Assembly (NCBI GenBank): GCA_030390025.1
Contig: CM059432.1
Span: 7,006,001 to 7,070,000, forward strand
Direction: 5' to 3'
Length of the DNA: 64,000 nucleotides
Origin: Squalus acanthias
Lineage: Eukaryota
The notes beneath the pieces were generated by a model that saw only the letters and a program-made list of their open reading frames with translations, made no database searches and had not been told where the DNA came from. Position 1 is the stretch's first letter; the number at the start of each line of letters is the position of its first letter. This document shows positions 11,073-23,245 of this stretch, piece by piece. The translations under genes were made by a program, and so were the position numbers.

Positions 11073-13952
11073 TTTCTACTCTACTCGAAGTTTCTTACAC
11101 AACAACAGTAACTACACTTTGAAAAATATTTAATTGGCTGTAAAGCGCATGTGGAACGTCCTGAGGTCGTGAAATGCGCTATGTAAATGCAAATCTTTCT
11201 TCTTCATCCCTCTTAATAGCTCCTCCTTTATCTTGGTGTCCTATTTTTTTCCCTCTAACATCTCTGTGAGGCACCTTGGGACATTTATCTACAAAATCGA
11301 ATGTGATCTTGGCTTTTCACTCGGCTTTGCGTTTCAGGCCAGAGTCCCTGACAGCATCCTTATTTACTGTGGCCTTGCCCAGAGAAGGATCAACAGTGTA
11401 TCTGGTTGGCATCAGGTTCTAAATCAAGTATATCAAACCTTAGAACTACTACAGGGGAAAAAAGCACAGCAATTAACTGCTGAAAGATTGATTGTTCCTC
11501 GTTGCAAAACAGACATTTGAGATACATGGGAATGGATGTGTGTAATTCTGACTGATTAATTGCAGAATTTCGTATTGTTACAGTTCAATGAATGTTATGA
11601 ATAGCATATCTTTAGTTGCATATGTTGAAGTTAAATCTTCTGTTTCACTGAGTCCAGATTGATTCAGAAATCAGATCTTGAAAATATTTCTTCAGTTTCA
11701 TACACATGTGAGAAGCAGCTTATTTCTCTTAGGAGGGCGCTGCTGGGAGTGTTTATTCCACCAGTATGTGAATTGTGAGTCATGGCCTACTGCAGAATTA
11801 GCCACCTGTGACATCAGAAGGTGCTACAGCTCGGCTCTGTCGCGCTCCTGCTCAGCTGACCGAGTGTGCCGCACTTCAGTCACATTAATTAGCACTGGGA
11901 GGGTGAAACCACTTAAACTTTAGCTGGGGTATGCAGCCACATTGCAGCATATATACCACAACACATCTCAGCGCTTTTCAGGTTTTTATGTTAACTGTGC
12001 CTTGAGGGATACGTTTGCCTGCTGACGGACAAAACGCACGTCAACAAACCAGTCTGATGTAAGCTGCTTACACTGTACCGCCCCCACCGCCCCAAGACCT
12101 TCAGACTCGCAAGTTATGTTCTGTTGATGTCACTCAAAAATGACTTTTTTTTTGTGGTGAACCATACTTAGCCACCGTTTATCCGTTACCGTTCATATTC
12201 AACATCATGAAAGATGGTAAAGTGCATTGTTCTTGCGGTAATGGCCTTTTTGCCACTCCTTTGTTTAAAAGCAGCCTTCTGCTTAATAGCTTTTTTTCGT
12301 CTGAGTCAAGTGCTACTCTTATCAAGAAAAGGGGACTTATCTTTGCATTATAATTCCTGAAACCGTGTTAACGGTGTAGCTGTAGTTCATGGTGCTTGTG
12401 ACAGCTGCTGGTGTTCATTAATCTGTGCAGTTTTTGCGTAGTAACAGTTATCTTGAAGTACATTAAACTTGACACTTCTACTTTTAAAAGACTGTGGCCA
12501 TAAAATTCCCTCGTCTGCCGGGACAACATACTCTTCCCTATCCCTGTAATTCCCAGTGTATTGGCGCACCCTAGAGGGGCCATACAGTCACTCGTTTGAT
12601 CCGTCGCATTCTCTTTCCCAAACTCTAAAGTAGATAATGTCTGCGGAAACAAGTATTGTTTCCACTAGAATTTGATCACAAAGAATTTTATTTTTTCTAC
12701 ATTTTAAGGTATCAAGAAATTAGCAGAAGCAAACTACTTTACCTAAAAAAAAAAAAATGGGCCAGTTACTTTAGCCTGAGCAATGAGAATATTTTGTAAG
12801 TAAAACGTTTGCTAACTCGTCGACTGCTACTGAACTTTCCTTTCCAGTTGCCTCTCTTTGAATGCAATTTAATTAATTCATTCATTCATTCGTTCATGCA
12901 AAGGCTCAACTGCTTGTGTGACTACGATGTGAGTAAGTGATCCACCAAAAATGTTCCTGATTATTTTGTTCACTTTTTGCAAATTCCTGTAGCCCTCTGT
13001 AATATGGTGCATGCTGTCCAAAGGGCAGAGCAATGCTTCATTTCAGTTGTGTTAATTAAAACAGATGAAGGCAGCTTGCTGTTAATTTTTAAAACAAGCC
13101 AAATAAGGCAGCGCAGTGGATTTTCTTTGTTCCTTCACCTCTGTGATCTGAGTTTTAATACAGCCAGACTGACGGGGAGGAAAGCTTCCCTTTCTGCGGG
13201 CTACAAGATCCCAGTGAAGTTCGTGTTGGCCGTTCCAAACCCAGATTCTGTGGGCGCAAGTCTACAGGACAGAGTTGTACATAATTTGGCGCTGAATTGG
13301 CATTCTCACTCACAGAAACCGCAAGAATTGCTGGTATGGAAACAAAGCTACATTGCAGCAGAGAATTGTGGTGTTTTTTTTCCCCTGAGGGTGGAGTTAG
13401 AATGTGTACACGGCAGTACAAAGCAATCTTTGCTCTGGACTTGGGCCCCATGTGATCCCCAACCTTGGAGCTGCCACTGTCACTGGGTGCAAAAAATTAA
13501 ACATATATTCTCCAAAAAAACAGATCTCTTTCTTCGCTCACAATTTTTTAATCACAAAGTAAAACCAACACAATAGTGAGGAGCTGAACAGATATGGCAG
13601 ACAACAGACTTACTAGACATGGCCAGCATATTCCTGTCATCTAAATGAATAAAGATAGATTAATAGCAGTGAAAACACGCACTCTAAATTTTCTGCTTTG
13701 TTCTTTTTAGGTCAACTTTGTTGTACATCAGTTTGATCCTAAAAAAGAAAGAGTGTTTTTTTCTCCACTTTATGGCTGCCATAGTACCATCCTTATAACC
13801 GTCTCTCAGGCCAGGTGTGAGGAAATGTTTTGTTTGTCTCATCTGTGTCATTGTTAGACCTTTAATATTAGTCAGAATAAGCTGAAGGAAAGCCAGGTTT
13901 TAATTGATGCCATCAGAAACATCTCAAAGCATCTTACATGCTGTGAATTACA

Positions 13953-14462
13953 TCAACAACAACAACCACTTACATTTGTATAGCACCTTTAACATAGTAA
14001 ACCATCCCAAGGCACTTCACAGGAGCGTTATCAAATAAAATTTGACACCGAGCCACATAAGGAGATATTAGGGCAGGTGACCAAAAGCTTGGTCAAAGAG
14101 GTAGGTTTTAAGGAGCATCTTAAAGGAGGAAGAAGAGGTTTAGGGAGGGAATTCCAGAGCTTAGGGCCTCAGCAGCTGAAGGCACGGCCGCCAGTGGTGG
14201 AGCGATTAAAATCGGGGATGCGCAAGAGGCCAGAAATGGAGGAGCGCAGATATCTCAAAGGGTTGTAGGGCTGGAGGAGATTACAGAGATAGGGAGGGGT
14301 GAGGCCATGGAGGGATTTGTAAACAAGGATGAGAATGTTAAAATTGAGGTGTTGCTCAACCGGGAGCCAATATAGGTCAGCCAGCACGGGGGTGATGGGT
14401 GAACGGGACTTGGTGCGACACACGGGCAGCTGAGTTTTGGATGAGCTTAAGTTTATGGAGTT
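13953..14462 (-). mobile_element. L2 LINE 3' end
   Basis: Minus-strand KLIQNSAA..SPITPVLADLYWLPV..PPYLCNLLQPYNPLRYLRSS..GGRAFS; (caa)n is the reverse complement of the (ttg)n tail. Confidence 0.85.
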
Positions 14463-14781
14463 CAAAGAGCAGCGAGAAACGCGGCAGCTCTTTTGAGCAC
14501 TGCAAGCAGCTGTGTGACCTAGTAATCTGTTTCTGCCGATGGCTGAGGGACAAATGTTGAACAGAACACACAAGTAAGGATTAAATGAGCAAACGCCTCC
14601 AGTGTAGGGATGGCTAAGTCCACTGCCTGTTTCTGGTTCTGAGCAATGCAGAGCAGGAAGGTCCAGAGTTTAATTGTTGATCAGGGCAATTGCCGAGGTG
14701 CTGAAAGTGACCTAGTCACCCTGGGGTTGAGAGTAGCAAGAAAATCCGCGCAGTCCAGTGATTGCTGCTAGAAAAGTTATT

Positions 14782-15537
14782 GGGCCAGAAATTCGGTGCT
14801 CCGGCTTCCCGCGGGTGTAAGAATCGCGCGCGTACTTACATACCGGGCCTGCCGTTGTGCTTCGGGCCCGCGTGGAATTCGGCTCCTGGGCCTCCTGCAG
14901 CTGCCGGCGCGCAGTGCTTGCGTATCCCAGGGGCGCAGTTAGTTCGAAGCGTCCCCTGGGATCACGTGGGCCATGGAGAGCCAATCGGAGCAGGGAATCT
15001 TCATTCATAGATTTTGACAGGAAGACCTGTCAAATCTATGAATAGAGATCGGCCCCAAAACCTCACTAAAACTTCAAATAAATTTTTTAAAAAATCACAT
15101 TTTTAAAATAACTATAAATTACATAAATTAACTACTTTAAACAAAAATTTAAATTTTTGAAAAAATTAATTACACTTTTTAACGGTGCTAAAAATAAACT
15201 TACCTTTCTTTAAAGTATGTAAAAAAGATAAACCTGTTGAAAAAATGTTTAAATTGTACTTAATTCACCACTTACCTTGTTAAAAGCAGGCCTTGCGCCT
15301 CCTTTTTTCCCGCGCAGCTTCTCCGTACTTACATTCACGGAGAAACCTGAAAAAAAAACGAAGTTCGCTGCGTGCATTGGGCCAGAAATTCGGGGGTACG
15401 CGCTGGGTACTCGCCGTAGACCCAACGAAAGAACCGGTTTCGTGCATGCACTGCGCATGCGCTGGAAACCAGAACTTCCGTTCCCCTGAAGGAAGGGGTT
15501 CAGAGGTCGAACGCGGCGCCGGAGAGGCAGCACGCAT
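14782..15537. mobile_element. MITE family A, copy 1 (right terminus inverted)
   Basis: gggccagaaattcgg at 14782 and again in direct orientation at 15379; interior colinear with 27946, 42755 and 63037. Confidence 0.8.
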
Positions 15538-15624
15538 GTGTATGGATTTCCAGTGAGGACAGGATCAGGTTCAACTGTCTGGGCTCAGCACTGAAGAATG
15601 GCTATCAGTTTGCAGCACAATCTG

Positions 15625-16081
15625 TAGCACTCTCGCCTCTGAGTCAGAGACTTGAGCACATAATCCAGGCTGAAATTCAGTGCACAACTGAGGGAGCACT
15701 TCACTGTCACAGGTGCCGTCTATTGAATGAGACGATAAACCGAGGCCCCGTCTGCCCTCGTAAGGTGGACGTAAAAGATCCCATGGCACTATTTTGAAGA
15801 AGAGCAGGGGAGTTATCCTCGGTCTCCTGGCCAATATTTATCCCTCGACCAACATAACAAAAATCCAGCATCCGCAGTATTTTGCTATCATAACAAAAAA
15901 CAGGTTATCTGGTCATTATCACATTGCTGTTTGTGGGAGCTTGCTGTGTGCAAATTGGCTGCCGCGTTTCCCACATTACAACAGTGACTACACGTCAAAA
16001 AGTACTTCATTGGCTGTAAAGCGCTTTGAGACGTCCGGTGGTTGTGAAAGGCGCGATAGAAATGCAAGTCTTTCTTTCTTT
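15625..16081 (+). mobile_element. DeuSINE, near full length
   Basis: tRNA-like head remnant, ggtgccgtc..gatgagacg..aaaccgagg Deu core, gaaaggcgcgatagaaatgcaagtc(tttc)n tail. Confidence 0.85.
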
Positions 16082-16261
16082 AGATTGTATGATCAAAGAA
16101 ATACAATTTTCTCCAAGTTGCTTTTTAGTGAACCTGCTCTAAACAATCTCGCTAATAATCTGGTCGCGTGGGTATTTTTCAGTCACAAAATTTCATCACC
16201 ATGACCGCATAACAGGGTATGATTTTATGAGAACCAGCAGCACCCTAATACCTCTTTTAAA

Positions 16262-16638
16262 TAGAAAGACTTGCATTTCTATAGCATTTTTCACGACCTC
16301 AAGACGTAGAAAACACTTTACAGCCAATGAAGTACTTTTGAAGTGCAGTCACTGTTATAATGTGGTAACGTGGCAGCCAATTTGCGCACAGCAAGGTCCC
16401 ACGTAGAGCAATGTGATATTGACCAGGTAATCTGTTTTTACATCCACCTGAGAGCGCAGACGGGGCCTCGGTTTAACGTCTTATCCGAAAGACAGCACCT
16501 CCGACAGTGCAGCGCTCCCTCAGCACTGCACTGGAGTGTCAGCCTGGATTTACGTGCTCAAGTCCCTGGAGTGGGACTTGAACCCACAACCTTCTGACTC
16601 AGAGGCGAGTGTGCTGCCCACTGAGCCACAGCTGACAC
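16262..16638 (-). mobile_element. DeuSINE with intact Pol III boxes and internal deletion
   Basis: Minus strand TGGCTCAGTGG (A box) and GGTTCAAGTCC (B box), Deu core and tail. Confidence 0.85.
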
Positions 16639-17699
16639 TAATTGGTTCTAGAGGCTCATGAAACAATTTCTTTTGACTTTGTAATGTACTTTACCTGCTT
16701 GTGATATGAGATGATGGGCTAATATGGGAAAAAAAGATAACTGATTCTGATCGAGACGTGTTTCTCGATCGCAAGAGATTCAATGAGTTTGCCCGGTTTG
16801 GTTTGACTGACTGATGGTGGAGAACAATGCACAGGCAAAGTCTGAAGCTGCAGTCGAGAGCCCAGGATGGGAGAGCAAGAAAGGAAAAGGAGAATTTGCC
16901 GAATGCCAAGCACCTGAAATGGAATTAAGTTGTATACGTGCCAAGCGTAAGCTGGAGGTTAGACCAGGAACAAACAAGGTGAGAAGGAGTGAGACAGTGG
17001 CAGAAAACCAGCAACCACCTATCCAGACCAAGAACAGGACCAACACACCAGCTGAGGCTATAATCCCTGTCATTACTATAATACGACAATGACTACATTT
17101 CAAAAATAATTCATTGGTTGTAAAGCACTTTGGGACGCCCTGAGGTGGTGAAAAACACGATATAAAAGCAAGTCTTTATTTTTTATTGAGAGCTGAATCA
17201 TTGATTCACACCACCGAGAAAGCTATTTCCCAAGTGTTATCAACTGATAACCTGTTCTCTACGAATTGTAAAGGAAAGCTTGAGATCTTTATAGGGCTTT
17301 AGTCACGTGCACCCATCCCTTAAAAGGAGTTGTTTTTCAGTTGTTTTTCCCAACTGATCTGTTGATCATTATCTTGTTTGTTTGTGATATGGGCTACCCT
17401 CTTATCTGGGAGACCACTGTGCCCTTATTAAGAATTCCTTGCTAACAAAAGACCTCTCCATGCTACCAAAGCTTTTTCTTGCTAAATGTCATCCTTACCC
17501 TGAAGAATTCTGGGAATGAGCAACTTAACTATTTTATTATTTGTAGCAACAGAACAAGTCTACAAGCTATTTATAAGTCAAAAGAAAGCAAAAACCTTAA
17601 TCATATGAGATTAAACCAAATACTAATTCTACGTCTATAAGAATAGGGTATCTTACACAAGGAGGTCCAGCAGTGTAAACCTAGTATACACGTTGTAAG

Positions 17700-19412
17700 G
17701 ATGTACCCTGCGGGAGCACCCTGATACAAATGTGTTACCATCAAAGACATGAATGCTCTTTTAAAACCCTGGCCAGAAGATGTATTTGGTGGGCAAGTAC
17801 ATTGCAGCCTGCCAAAATGTTACCAGCAGCAGGATGTACAGCCAAGGAACATGCGACATATGCTCATTAAGGGTATCCACATTGAAACACGAGTGGAGGA
17901 GGTGAATACTGCCCTGGAGGCTCTAAAGTACAGGGTTCAACCGCAACACAGAGTAGTGAGCCGCAAAACAAGCCTGCCCATGGGACTCATCAGAGTAACA
18001 TTAAGAAATCTGAGCAGGCCCAGAAACTGATTGAAAGTGGCTTCACTCTTTACTTCTTCCATTGCAAAGTGGAGGAAGCACACAATCCAGCCCTGGCAAC
18101 TGCGCTGGCCCTGAAATTACTGCTGCTGAACTCCAGCTGAGGCTAAGGGGCCGTGGGAGAGAAAGCCGTGGGAGAGAATGGCATCACCAAAAGCGCATTG
18201 GGGCACCCAATGGTGCCCATGTCAGTCCAAGTCTTCGCCGAGTCAGGAGTGCTGGATTTACTTCCTCGGATGCTGCATTTTAGGAGAGGAAGAAACACCA
18301 GTGACAACGCTGCTACCGCTATCCGAGCACACTGCCTATGCCTTCAACAAGAAAATGTGTACGTTGATGGTGTTCCTGGATGTGGAGAAAGACTATTGAC
18401 CATGTTTGGCACATTGGGCAACAAAATACCATATGCCAGCTTGACATCCCAAATGAGCTGATATGATGGATATTGAATTTCCTTGTTGGAGTGCACTCGG
18501 CAATTTCCACCAGGTTTTGCCCAATGGGAGGAGTTGCTCAGTTCTCTACCCCTGCCTGTTCCTTATTGAAGCCAATGACATTTCAACATCTGAACAAAGG
18601 ATTAGGATTTTCCCACACTTTGCTGACAACGCTGCCATTTCAGTATCCTCCATGTGCTCAAATTGCGTCAAAAAACCTCCAGAGGTGCCTGGATAATGCA
18701 GAGGAACAACTTTGCCATCGAGCAATTCTACTGATCACCCCCCCCCCCCCCAAAAAAAATCACAATGTGTGCTATTCTCCTAAAGAAGCGAGCACAAGAA
18801 ACATGATATGAGAATTGAACTGACAAAACCAAGAGCAGAACCTACCAATGGAATGTGGTTTAAACACGGCACCTTGGCAACATCACCGCCAGGAAGGGCC
18901 AGTTGCAAGTCTTTTGTGGAAAGAGTCAGCCCCAGAACTTCCTTTCGACTGTTCATCTGCCTAATCCTGCAACATAGGCGTCCACTCCGTCCAGCCTGCT
19001 GCGCAGTGAGCAAGCAACAGATTAAGAGATTGTGAGCAGTAAGCACAGCCTCCTACCTTCATCTGCTCAATCCATCTGTGGACCCCCAACAATGGAAGAA
19101 AGACAGACTTCTGAGTCTCCATCACAGGTACCTGCACAAGGGAAGGTCTAATCCGTGGTCACTGCTGATAGAAGAAGGACCGAACACACCCGAGTACATT
19201 TGCGACTCCGCATTGTTTGTGGGGGCTGCGTTAGGTTGCGGACTTTGGGAGCTTTCAATCACAGAGAGCTAAGCCAGTACCACTATTATCCCTGCACTCC
19301 TGAGAATACACCGTCCTATCCTTAGCAAGCTCCCATGTTCCTAATAGGAACTTTAATGTTTCAGCAAAGCCATTTCTCCGGGACAGCAAGCCAGACTGAA
19401 ATGAAATGGAAT
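17700..19412 (+). mobile_element. Decayed Jockey/I-group non-LTR retrotransposon (ORF1 and RT remnants)
   Basis: ORF1-like LIKGIHIETRVEEVNTALEALKYRV..RVVSRKTSLPMGLIRVTL/SEQAQKLIESGFTLYFFHCKVEE; RT remnants FRRGRNTSD, AFNKKMCTLMVFLDVEK, SVLYPCLFLIEANDI..HFADNAAI across frameshifts; tgaaatgaaatgga tail. Confidence 0.62.
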
Positions 19413-21269
19413 TGAGTTATTCATCGGATATGTGAATTAAAAGGTTAGAATGCTAAATGAAGTCATAATTTTCTGTGAAGCTGGAAACCATACAGGGTAT
19501 GTTGAGTGCGAGTAACACGATATTGAACACTTCTATATTCACCAAATGAAAAAGTCAGCTATGCTTTTCAATTCTTGTCCTCTGACTTTGCGTTGGGGCA
19601 ATTTTATCACTTCGTCGATGAAATATTTTTTTCAAATTTAAATGAAAGTACAATTATTAACTGATATTAAATTAATGTTATATTCTGTAATAACTTGTTT
19701 AGTTGCAGCATTTTCCATTTATCTGAATTGCATAAGTGAAAATGCATCATCCAGGCTTTGCAACTGCATTAGCAAAAGCTGCTTCTCATGAGAATTGTCA
19801 CTCAATAGAAAAAAATTATGTGTGCAGATTTACAATTTTCTACTTTTTACTTCAAACTATTTCTAGCAATAGATTTAAACAAATATAAAGTTGTGGACGG
19901 TATAACATTCAACAGAAGTCGCAAGTCATCAAGGACAAAATAAGAGACTGAGAGTTGTTCTCTTCTGGATTATTTTTTCCATGTGGCTTTCTGCTGAGAG
20001 TTTGTAGATATTTTCACTTCCCCCACCCCCCCCCCCCCCCCCTTAGGTCTCCCAAGACATGTACTATTCCCCAGCCGAGGAAGTGAGTAAGTGTGTTACT
20101 CCTTGACCTCAGTCAATTTTACTTTCAGCTGGTAAATGGGAACTGATGTGTACAACAGTAGCCTGGAATGACTTACCTTTAGATGTGACCTTCTTTCTCT
20201 GTCCTCCACTTTGCACCTTTCACCCATGCCCCCGCACCCCCCCCCCCCCACCGCCACCGATAGCTATAATGAGAATCATGGTACAGGCTAGTGCATTGTG
20301 CGACAAAAACATTTGTGTTCCAGCCTTTTGGGGAAGCCAGAGGCGAAGGCCCTAATAATGGCTTTGAGAAAGTATTGTTGCCAATAACTTATAGCAGTTT
20401 CTGTGAACCATGGCTTTTAAGATGTGACTACTACAAAAAGCCATACTTTTGAACTTCAAATAACCCTAGTATTGTTAGCAGCTTATCTACGGTACCTGCT
20501 GTTTTGTATTTATGAAGGCTATCCCCTGCAGGAGACACATATACTATATCTAAAATATTTACGCTAACTAGTTAGTCGTGTCTATTGCAGTGGGTTGCAT
20601 CTGTATGGTCTCTACGGGTTCCAACACTTTGGTGTTCTGGTGTAATTCTAGCCAGACACAGCCATTATGCATCTGGAAATAGACTTTTATCAATGGCCCA
20701 CGCTGGCCTCTTAAAAAGGCACATCCTTTCCAGAAGCTAGTCATGAGACAGACTGTTTCATTGAGGACAGTGTTATAATGCTCTATTTTGATTTTCTGTG
20801 TTGTTTTAGACCACATTTGTATATAATAAAAAGGTGGGCCCCACTGGTTTCATTTTCATCCTGACAGCACTTACAAAACAAATTGGCTTAAAGTATCTTG
20901 GGTACACATGTTTGACGGTGCATTTTCCCTAAATTCTTGACTGTCTTATGGAACTTCTCTGCCTTTACTCGAAAGGGACTGTTAATGGTCTCTGTTGTGG
21001 TAAGGTTTAAAGGACATGTCATCAGAATATATAACCTTGCTGCATTCTCATAATTACATCAGTTACTTTTGAATCTCTTGGTGCAGCACTGCAGAAGTTA
21101 TTGGTCTGAAAAATTGTAGATTTTTATAAATCAAAAAAGCAACAGCAGTCCTGTTAATTGTGATATCTGTTACTCAGGATGCAAATTTGCCATCAACTGA
21201 TGACCAGAAAATATTAAAATGCTGTAACGAACACCAAAAGAGGAACATTCAAATAATACATTTTCAAGA

Positions 21270-21852
21270 AATTATTTCTCTGGTGGGGGAGTCCAGAACA
21301 CGGGATCATAACCTTAAAATTAGAGCTAGGCAGTTCAAGGATGATTGTCAGGAAGCACGTCCTCACTAAAGGGTAGGGGAAATCTGGAACACTCTCTGCC
21401 AAAAAACTATTGAGGCTGGGGGGGTCAATTGAAAATTTCAAAACTGAGATTGATAGAGTTTTGTTAGGTAAGGGTTACGAAACCAAGGTGGGTAGATGGA
21501 GTTAAGATACAGTTCAGCCATGATCTAAATGAATGGCAGAACAGGCTCGAGGAGCTGAATGGGCTACTCTTTCAGCTCAGCTGGACGTAAAAGATCCGAC
21601 GCCGCTATTGGAAGGAGAGCAGGGTGTTCTCCCCGGTGTCCTGCCCAATGTTTATCCCTCAACCGACATCCAAAACAGATTATCTGGTGATTACCACATT
21701 GCTGTTTGTGGGAGCTTGCTGTGCGTAAATTGGCTGCCGTGTTTCCTACATTACAACAGTGACCACAGTTCAAAAAGTGCTTCATTGGCTGTAAAGCGCC
21801 CTGGGACATCATGAGGTCGTGAAAGGCGCGACAGAAATGGGAGTCTTTCTTT
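21270..21852 (+). mobile_element. CR1 3' end joined to a 5'-truncated DeuSINE
   Basis: LVGESRTRDHNLKIRAR..CR1 3' UTR to about 21570, then ggacgtaaaagatcc Deu core and SINE tail. Confidence 0.8.
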
Positions 21853-22659
21853 GTTTACTCCCGTTCCTATGATCCTAAGACATATGCAAACCAACTTCAT
21901 GGACATAATGCAATGAGCGGAGTTGCACCAGTGCTGTGGAAGGAAATCGAATACCAACTGGTATAATGTATAGTACAAGCCAGATCCCCGATCTGGGAGT
22001 TCAAATGATGATCAGATTTGTTCCTCCAGCAGATTGGAAATCCATTTGAAGTCTGAGATTGCGTTGACAGGACGGGCCTACAACGAACCAGCTTATAATA
22101 CAGTCGAAACTCGATGAGGTGGCACATATCAGGAATAACTTTATAAAACAAAATATTTTTCATAAAAAAAACAATCAGTGCAAAGATCAGAACATAATTT
22201 GACATTGTCCCGATGTGATCTTAAAAGCCTTTCTGCTGTTTATATAAAAAAAAAGTTTAGTTTTGTCATTGGTTTTATCTTCTGGAACTGCTGCCAGAGT
22301 TTAATGTTTGGTTTTATAAATTCTGCTCCCTCCACAAATTTTGTGGTTAGTGTTTGGAACATTTGCAACTACTGAGTGTTAATCACCCGCAGTGGCATTT
22401 TCTTCAGTGTTCTCAGGATGCAAGCTATTTTACATACATGTATTATATAAAACTAATTTTAGCAAAGGGATTGGTGATTTGTTATATAGGAATAGGTTTA
22501 AAACATGGCAGGTTTAAAACGTGTGCTTTGCCAGATCTGGAAGTACACGATTCTGAAATGGAGGCCAAATGGAAGAAGTATGGCAGCCTCCTGAACTGAT
22601 GACCCTCACCTTGAACGTTCAAGAGAAAATAACTAGATTATGTGCTGCCTGAAAGGGTG

Positions 22660-22832
22660 GTGAAAGCAGATTCAGTAGTAACTTTCAAAAGGGAATTGGA
22701 TATATACTTGAAAAGAAATATTTGCAGGGCTATGGGGAAAGAGTAGGGGAGTGGAACTAATTGGATAGCTCTTTCAAAGAGCCGGCACAGGCACTTTGGG
22801 CCAAATGGCCTCCCTCTGTGATGTATGATTCT
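22660..22832 (+). mobile_element. CR1 3' UTR fragment
   Basis: gcctgaaagggtggtgaaagcagattc...gccggcacag...atgattcta. Confidence 0.75.
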
Positions 22833-23245
22833 AAAAAAAAAAGATTTGCATTTATATAGCACCTTTCCCGACCACTGGATGGCCCAAAGCACTTTACAGC
22901 CAATGAGGTACTTTTTGAAGTGTAGTCACTGTTGTAATGTAGGAAACAGGTCAGCCAATTTGCGCACAGCAAGCGCCCACAAACAGCAATTTGATAATGA
23001 CCAGATAATCTGTTTGTGATGTTGATTGAGGGATAAATATTGGCCAGGACACTGGGGATAACTCCCCTGCTCTTCTTCGAAATAGTGCCATAGGATCTTT
23101 TACTTCCACCTGAGAAGACAGACGGGGCCTCGGTTTTAGCTCTCATCCGAAAGACGGCACCTCCGACAGTGCAGCACTCCCTCAGCACTGCACTGGAGTG
23201 TCAGCCTAGATTTCTGTGCTCAAGTCCCTGGAGTAGGACTTGAGC
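22833..23245 (-). mobile_element. DeuSINE
   Basis: Complete Deu core and tail on the minus strand. Confidence 0.85.

Noticed and set aside
11728..11747. CTCF-like motif (ggagggcgctg)
   Set aside because: Only half the consensus matches; expected by chance in 64 kb.
12977..13576. 199 aa ORF as a nested gene
   Set aside because: Starts at TTG, has no recognisable domain and non-coding-like composition; more likely a chance ORF.
14600..14781. Ancient SINE-like sequence around MITE copy 1, possibly related to 46020-46150 (minus)
   Set aside because: Similarity is short and too degraded to support a family call by eye.
16790..17092. 92 aa ATG ORF as a small gene or exon
   Set aside because: No recognisable domain, runs into a SINE tail, purine-rich like a decayed antisense LINE; no convincing splice sites.
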